The notes beneath the pieces were generated by a model that was given only the letters and a program-made list of their open reading frames with translations, did no database searches and was not told the origin of the DNA. From the human T2T-CHM13v2.0 reference genome, Homo sapiens: a DNA stretch of 64,000 bases. The DNA lies in NCBI RefSeq assembly GCF_009914755.1, contig NC_060937.1; one strand, written 5' to 3'. Positions within the stretch are counted from its first letter, which is position 1; every line of letters starts with the position of its first letter. Below, in pieces: positions 61,151-64,000 of the stretch. A program made the position numbers and the translations under genes.

Positions 61151-63589
61151 TAAATGTGTCAATGAATGTTCTTCATGTGCTGGAAGGTATCATTGATCTG
61201 CAACGACCCTCAACATATTGATACAGTGCTTTGACAGGATCGATCTAGGTTCCAAGAGGCCAGATCTTTTTCACGTATCTGCATATTCTAATAAGTAATG
61301 CAGACTTACGAAATCGCAGGCAAACTGTAATAGCATGATGAATGACATGAACTGTGCTGTGATAGATAATAATTAAGCAGAAACATTCAGAGGAAGACTC
61401 TCTAGGGAGGTGGAATTTAATCAGAGAAATAAAAATGAAAGGTAAATATCACGAGAACCGTCAATTGGAGTGGTTAGAAAAAATATAAATGTCCCAAAAT
61501 AACAAAGAGAACCATGTCACGCAAATGCCACATTCTCCAGGCTCAACTCTTGAATATTGCTTTAAATTGCTTTAAAAAATAAAAATACATAAAGTAAAAG
61601 CACATTAACTATTATTTCCAAAATAGAGATAAGATAAATATTACCTTATTGCAGAATGGAGACACATATCTCAGAATATAATGTTTCATTTTAAAAATTG
61701 TCATTTGGCTATTTTAATAAGAATTGAAATAATTTCCAAGGTTAAAATAATTACTTTTCACAAGTAATTTTCACAAGCAAAATCTCAGTATATGCTAGTC
61801 CTGCAATTGTGATACAAACTCTTAGAGATAAGAAGAATATATATGCTTCTGTTAGGCAAGACCATGCTTTCTGAATTCAAGGTTTTTGGACAAGTCTTTC
61901 TTATACTGTCATGGAAATGCAATTTGTAGGTTCACTCTTACAGACATACGTATAATTATATTAAAAGCATAGAGAATGATGAGAATGAAAAACTTTAAAG
62001 CTGATAGTTTTAGATTTTCATCATGGTAATTGTTAGCATACTAACAAGATGATAGGAGTCGTCTTACCAGAAGTTTCTGAAGATGAAAAATCCAAGCCAG
62101 TTTTAAAATTAATCTACTTATGCTAAAAATTGGTAATGAATATGGTTTCTCACAATAAAGATATGAAAAGGTATTATTTGATGCATGTACTTAATTGAAA
62201 ATTCATGACAGGGAACGGTTTTGATGTGGGCCAAGGAAACAATAAATGAATAGGAGAAAGAATGATGTCTATAGCCAATAATTTCAGGAGAATTTCTGAT
62301 AAGGCAAGAAGACATAGGGGTCTCCAGTAGAGATACTGGAAAACATTTATTACTCAAGCAGTTTCTATGAACCTGCTGGGCGTATTTCAATAGGGAAACA
62401 AATGATATGTTGAAGGGTAATGTATTTTATTAAAGTTCTTTTCCATATGCATCTTATAAAGGCCCACATACCCTTCAAGACAAGGGCATGCATAAAATTT
62501 GTTACAAAATTTGACATCTATACTTAAAATAAAATAAGAACAAATGCTAAGTTCCTGACATTTTCTTGTCACTTGCACTTTATACATCTCAGTATTAAAT
62601 TTGCTTCTATTTTCTTGATGTTTTTTATTCTTACCCAGCATCAAGACTCAGATCATTGTAAACTTTGCTGAAATTGGCTGCAAAGGCCAAATTTATTAAC
62701 ATTATAGAGACTGACAGTATGACTGATAGCCTAATAGTTATAATTATCATTTAACTTTTATTTTCTATCAAAAGTATGAGAGCACTAGATAGTTTCATAG
62801 TTGTTGTTTCCCTGGGAATCCAGGCTAAGTGCAATGACAAGACTGTTATTTTTGTGTAGTCCATTAAACTGCAGTCCTTTCATTTTATGTTTTTGCACAT
62901 GATTGGTGTCCTCATTGACAGGGTATAATGCTATGCTTCATTATCTGCATTAAATTTTTACAAACATGCATTTTGGTTACAAAATAAGATAATGAAATGG
63001 TTTTTTTTAAGAGAACTGAGAGGATTATTTTCAGGGCTCTTTAAATAATTTTTCAAAGAGAATAACATTAAAATGGTGCTGTACCTACCCTACTGATCTT
63101 TAGAAATAAATATATTTTTTTAAATAAAACTTTTCATATACATTATGTATTATTTGTAGTTATAAATACACTTATTTCCAAAATGTGTGTATATACACAT
63201 TTGGGAGAGAAAAACATATATTTTGACATGTGCCAAGGAAACAACATATATATATTTGTATATATCTATGTAATATATTCATAGATATATATGAATTATA
63301 AATTTATGATACCAAAATAGGATTAGATTATATTTCAAAAACAATTTGAAAAAAGTGATAAAAAAAGCCAAAGAAAAAAGTCTATATTTTTTTTTTAAAA
63401 AAGGAACCTCACACATTAAAAATACACACGCACACACACAGACACGTATAATCTAATTTAATTGGTCATACTACATACAGTGTCCTAGACTCCAAGATCA
63501 CCTTCATTAAAAGCTATAAGTATTGATGTTACAAAGTTATATGCTTCATATTCAAATAGATATCATCATAAATACTTGAATTTCATTGA

Positions 63590-64000
63590 ATTGAATACAT
63601 ATAATAGCAATGTGAACTTCCTTCTTAGAGTAGATTAACATATTAGGGAAAGCAATGATCAATACAATAAATAAAACATTACATTTTAAGGCTGAATAAT
63701 ATTCCATTGTATGATTATGTCACAATTATTTTATTCATCCATTGATAAACATTTGGGTTGTTTCCATATTTTAGTTATTGTGAATAAATCTGCAATTAAC
63801 ATGGAATGGAGCTAGTTCTTCAAGATCCTGATTTCACTTCTATTACATATGTACAGGTGGGATTGATGGTTCATATGGTAGTTCTATTTTCAATTTTTGG
63901 GGGAACCTCCATGTTGTTTTCCATAGCAGCTGCATCATTTTACATTCCTGCCAATAGTGTACAAGTAAGTGTTACAATTTCTTCACAGCCTCACCAACAC
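63590..64000 (-). mobile_element. L1MA/MB-type fragment running off the window
   Basis: ttttaaggctgaataatattccattgt...gttgtttccata...ggtagttctatttt...aacctccatgttgttttccatag. Confidence 0.8.

Overview
This is AT-rich, repeat-dense hominid (human or great-ape-like) DNA with no recognisable host protein-coding exon, RNA gene or CRISPR array; it looks intergenic or deep intronic. All long ORFs derive from LINE-1, Alu, SVA or LTR sequence. Main elements: a full-length but dead L1PA3/4-type LINE-1 (4447-10599, minus) that keeps an open ORF0 and the ~129-bp ZNF93-bound 5'UTR segment; a twin-primed L1PA2-type insertion with a short candidate 3' transduction (16489-17703); a 5'-inverted SVA (42409-43375); about ten Alus; solo LTRs (THE1D, MER9, MSTA inside MLT2, MER4A1, MLT1C, LTR22); and old L1M, MIR, L2 and DNA-transposon remnants. 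I found no new gene system. The most interesting signals are traces of local DNA copying. The two inverted L1s ~12 kb apart share a >=352-bp tract with six variants that differ from the consensus I recall, which suggests gene conversion and a possible inversion substrate. There are also two locally templated insertions, a perfect 26-bp hairpin and an old ~386-bp tandem duplication. Subfamily names come from recalled consensus sequences, not a database search.
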